From: Candidatus Micrarchaeota archaeon
GTDB taxonomy: Archaea; Micrarchaeota; Micrarchaeia; Micrarchaeales; CABMGC01
Length of the DNA stretch: 45,615 nucleotides
Reading direction: 5' to 3'
NCBI GenBank assembly: GCA_023270015.1
Contig: JAGDXZ010000030.1
Location: 1-45,615, forward strand
In this document: piece by piece, positions 44,763-45,615 of the stretch
How the letters are laid out: each line of letters opens with the position of its first letter
Numbering within the stretch: the first letter of the stretch is position 1
Position numbers and translations under genes: made by a program
Notes under the pieces: generated by a model
The model's input: the letters and a program-made list of their open reading frames with translations, nothing else
What the model was told of the DNA's origin: nothing
Database searches by the model: none

Positions 44763-45615
44763 ATGACAAGTGTAGCTATAAGAATTGCCGGCGCAAACGG
44801 CGACGGCATAGAGTCAGCAGGCGCGCTTCTTGCAAAGGTTGCGGCAAGGAACGGCTTGCACGTTTTTGCGTATAGGGGCTACCAGTCAATAATTAGAGGC
44901 GGCCATGTATGGTACCAGGTAAGGATTGCGGATTCTGAGATAGGCAGCTTTGGAGAGCTTGCTGACATACTAGTGGCATTGAATCAAGACGCAATAGAAA
45001 ACCAGAAGACGCACATAAAGTCCAACGCCATAGTAATCTTCGATCCTAGCAAGGCCAATGCAGACTCCTTGCAATCAGCCCGCAAAATACCCATTCCTCT
45101 TCTCGAAATAGCAGTAAGCCAGTCAGGAGACCCTGTAATGCGAAATACAGTGGCGCTGGGTGCCGTGCTAAAGATACTAGGCCTGCCGCTAAGCGAACTA
45201 GAAGACGTGCTCAGGAGAACTTTCGGAAAGAAAGGAGAGGAAGTAATAGCTAATAACCTAAAGGCAGCAAGCGCAGGCTACAACTTTCAAGGAATAGATG
45301 CGGCGTATTCTTTGCACGGAGACGGCAAGCAGCGGTACCTGCTGGATGGCAACACTGCTACAGCGATAGGTGCCTATGCCGCTGATTGCAGGGCTTACTT
45401 TGCGTATCCGATGACCCCTGCTAGCAGCATACTCCATTGGTTTGCTGCCCACGAAGACAAGGGCGTGCTGTTTAAACAGACAGAAGATGAAATAGCAGCA
45501 ATAAATATGACAGTCGGTGCAGCAAGTGCTGGCGTTCGCGCAATGTGCGGCACGAGCGGCGGCGGCTTCTCGCTCATGGTAGAAGGACTAGGCATGGCAG
45601 GCATGCTTGAAGTGC
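44763..45615 (+). CDS. korA: 2-oxoacid:ferredoxin oxidoreductase alpha subunit (gamma-alpha fusion), truncated by the window end
   Basis: ATG at 44763: MTSVAIRIAGANGDGIESAG, YQSIIRGGH, AYPMTPAS, QTEDEIAA, TSGGGFSLM; missing from the ORF track because it has no stop codon in the window. Confidence 0.93.
   Translation, partial: MTSVAIRIAGANGDGIESAGALLAKVAARNGLHVFAYRGYQSIIRGGHVWYQVRIADSEIGSFGELADILVALNQDAIENQKTHIKSNAIVIFDPSKANADSLQSARKIPIPLLEIAVSQSGDPVMRNTVALGAVLKILGLPLSELEDVLRRTFGKKGEEVIANNLKAASAGYNFQGIDAAYSLHGDGKQRYLLDGNTATAIGAYAADCRAYFAYPMTPASSILHWFAAHEDKGVLFKQTEDEIAAINMTVGAASAGVRAMCGTSGGGFSLMVEGLGMAGMLEV

Overview
Gene-dense archaeal chromosome segment. PolD (DP1+DP2), an archaeal histone, TFE, thermosome, AglB, Rpo3/Rpo10, intron-containing tRNAs and a family of QSAxE[FY]LxxYGWA class III signal-peptide proteins point to a small-genome DPANN archaeon, most likely Micrarchaeota (inferred from gene content, not from a search). 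Most of the window is housekeeping: replication, translation, a class II ribonucleotide reductase, ADP-forming acyl-CoA synthetase, and a 2-oxoacid:ferredoxin oxidoreductase alpha subunit cut by the window end. Five tRNA genes are present: Pro, Leu, Gln, initiator Met and Lys. No CRISPR array, transposase, integrase or reverse transcriptase was seen. The most unusual signal is a tRNA-Pro with an A34 anticodon (AGG), a type essentially absent from archaea; it also carries a 13-nt BHB intron in the T-arm and overlaps the rps2 Shine-Dalgarno. Other notable signals: three dispersed pilin-like paralogues, one extended into a modular adhesin with an 18-bp tandem-repeat stalk; a stalked surface protein with glutamic-peptidase-like motifs; an AglB with an extra N-terminal membrane and His/Glu helical module; two tandem winged-helix proteins (one membrane-anchored); a CheD-like protein lacking catalytic residues; a probable ATA start codon; and a likely arginine-synthetase-type amino-acid energy route. 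All family calls come from motif recognition by eye.
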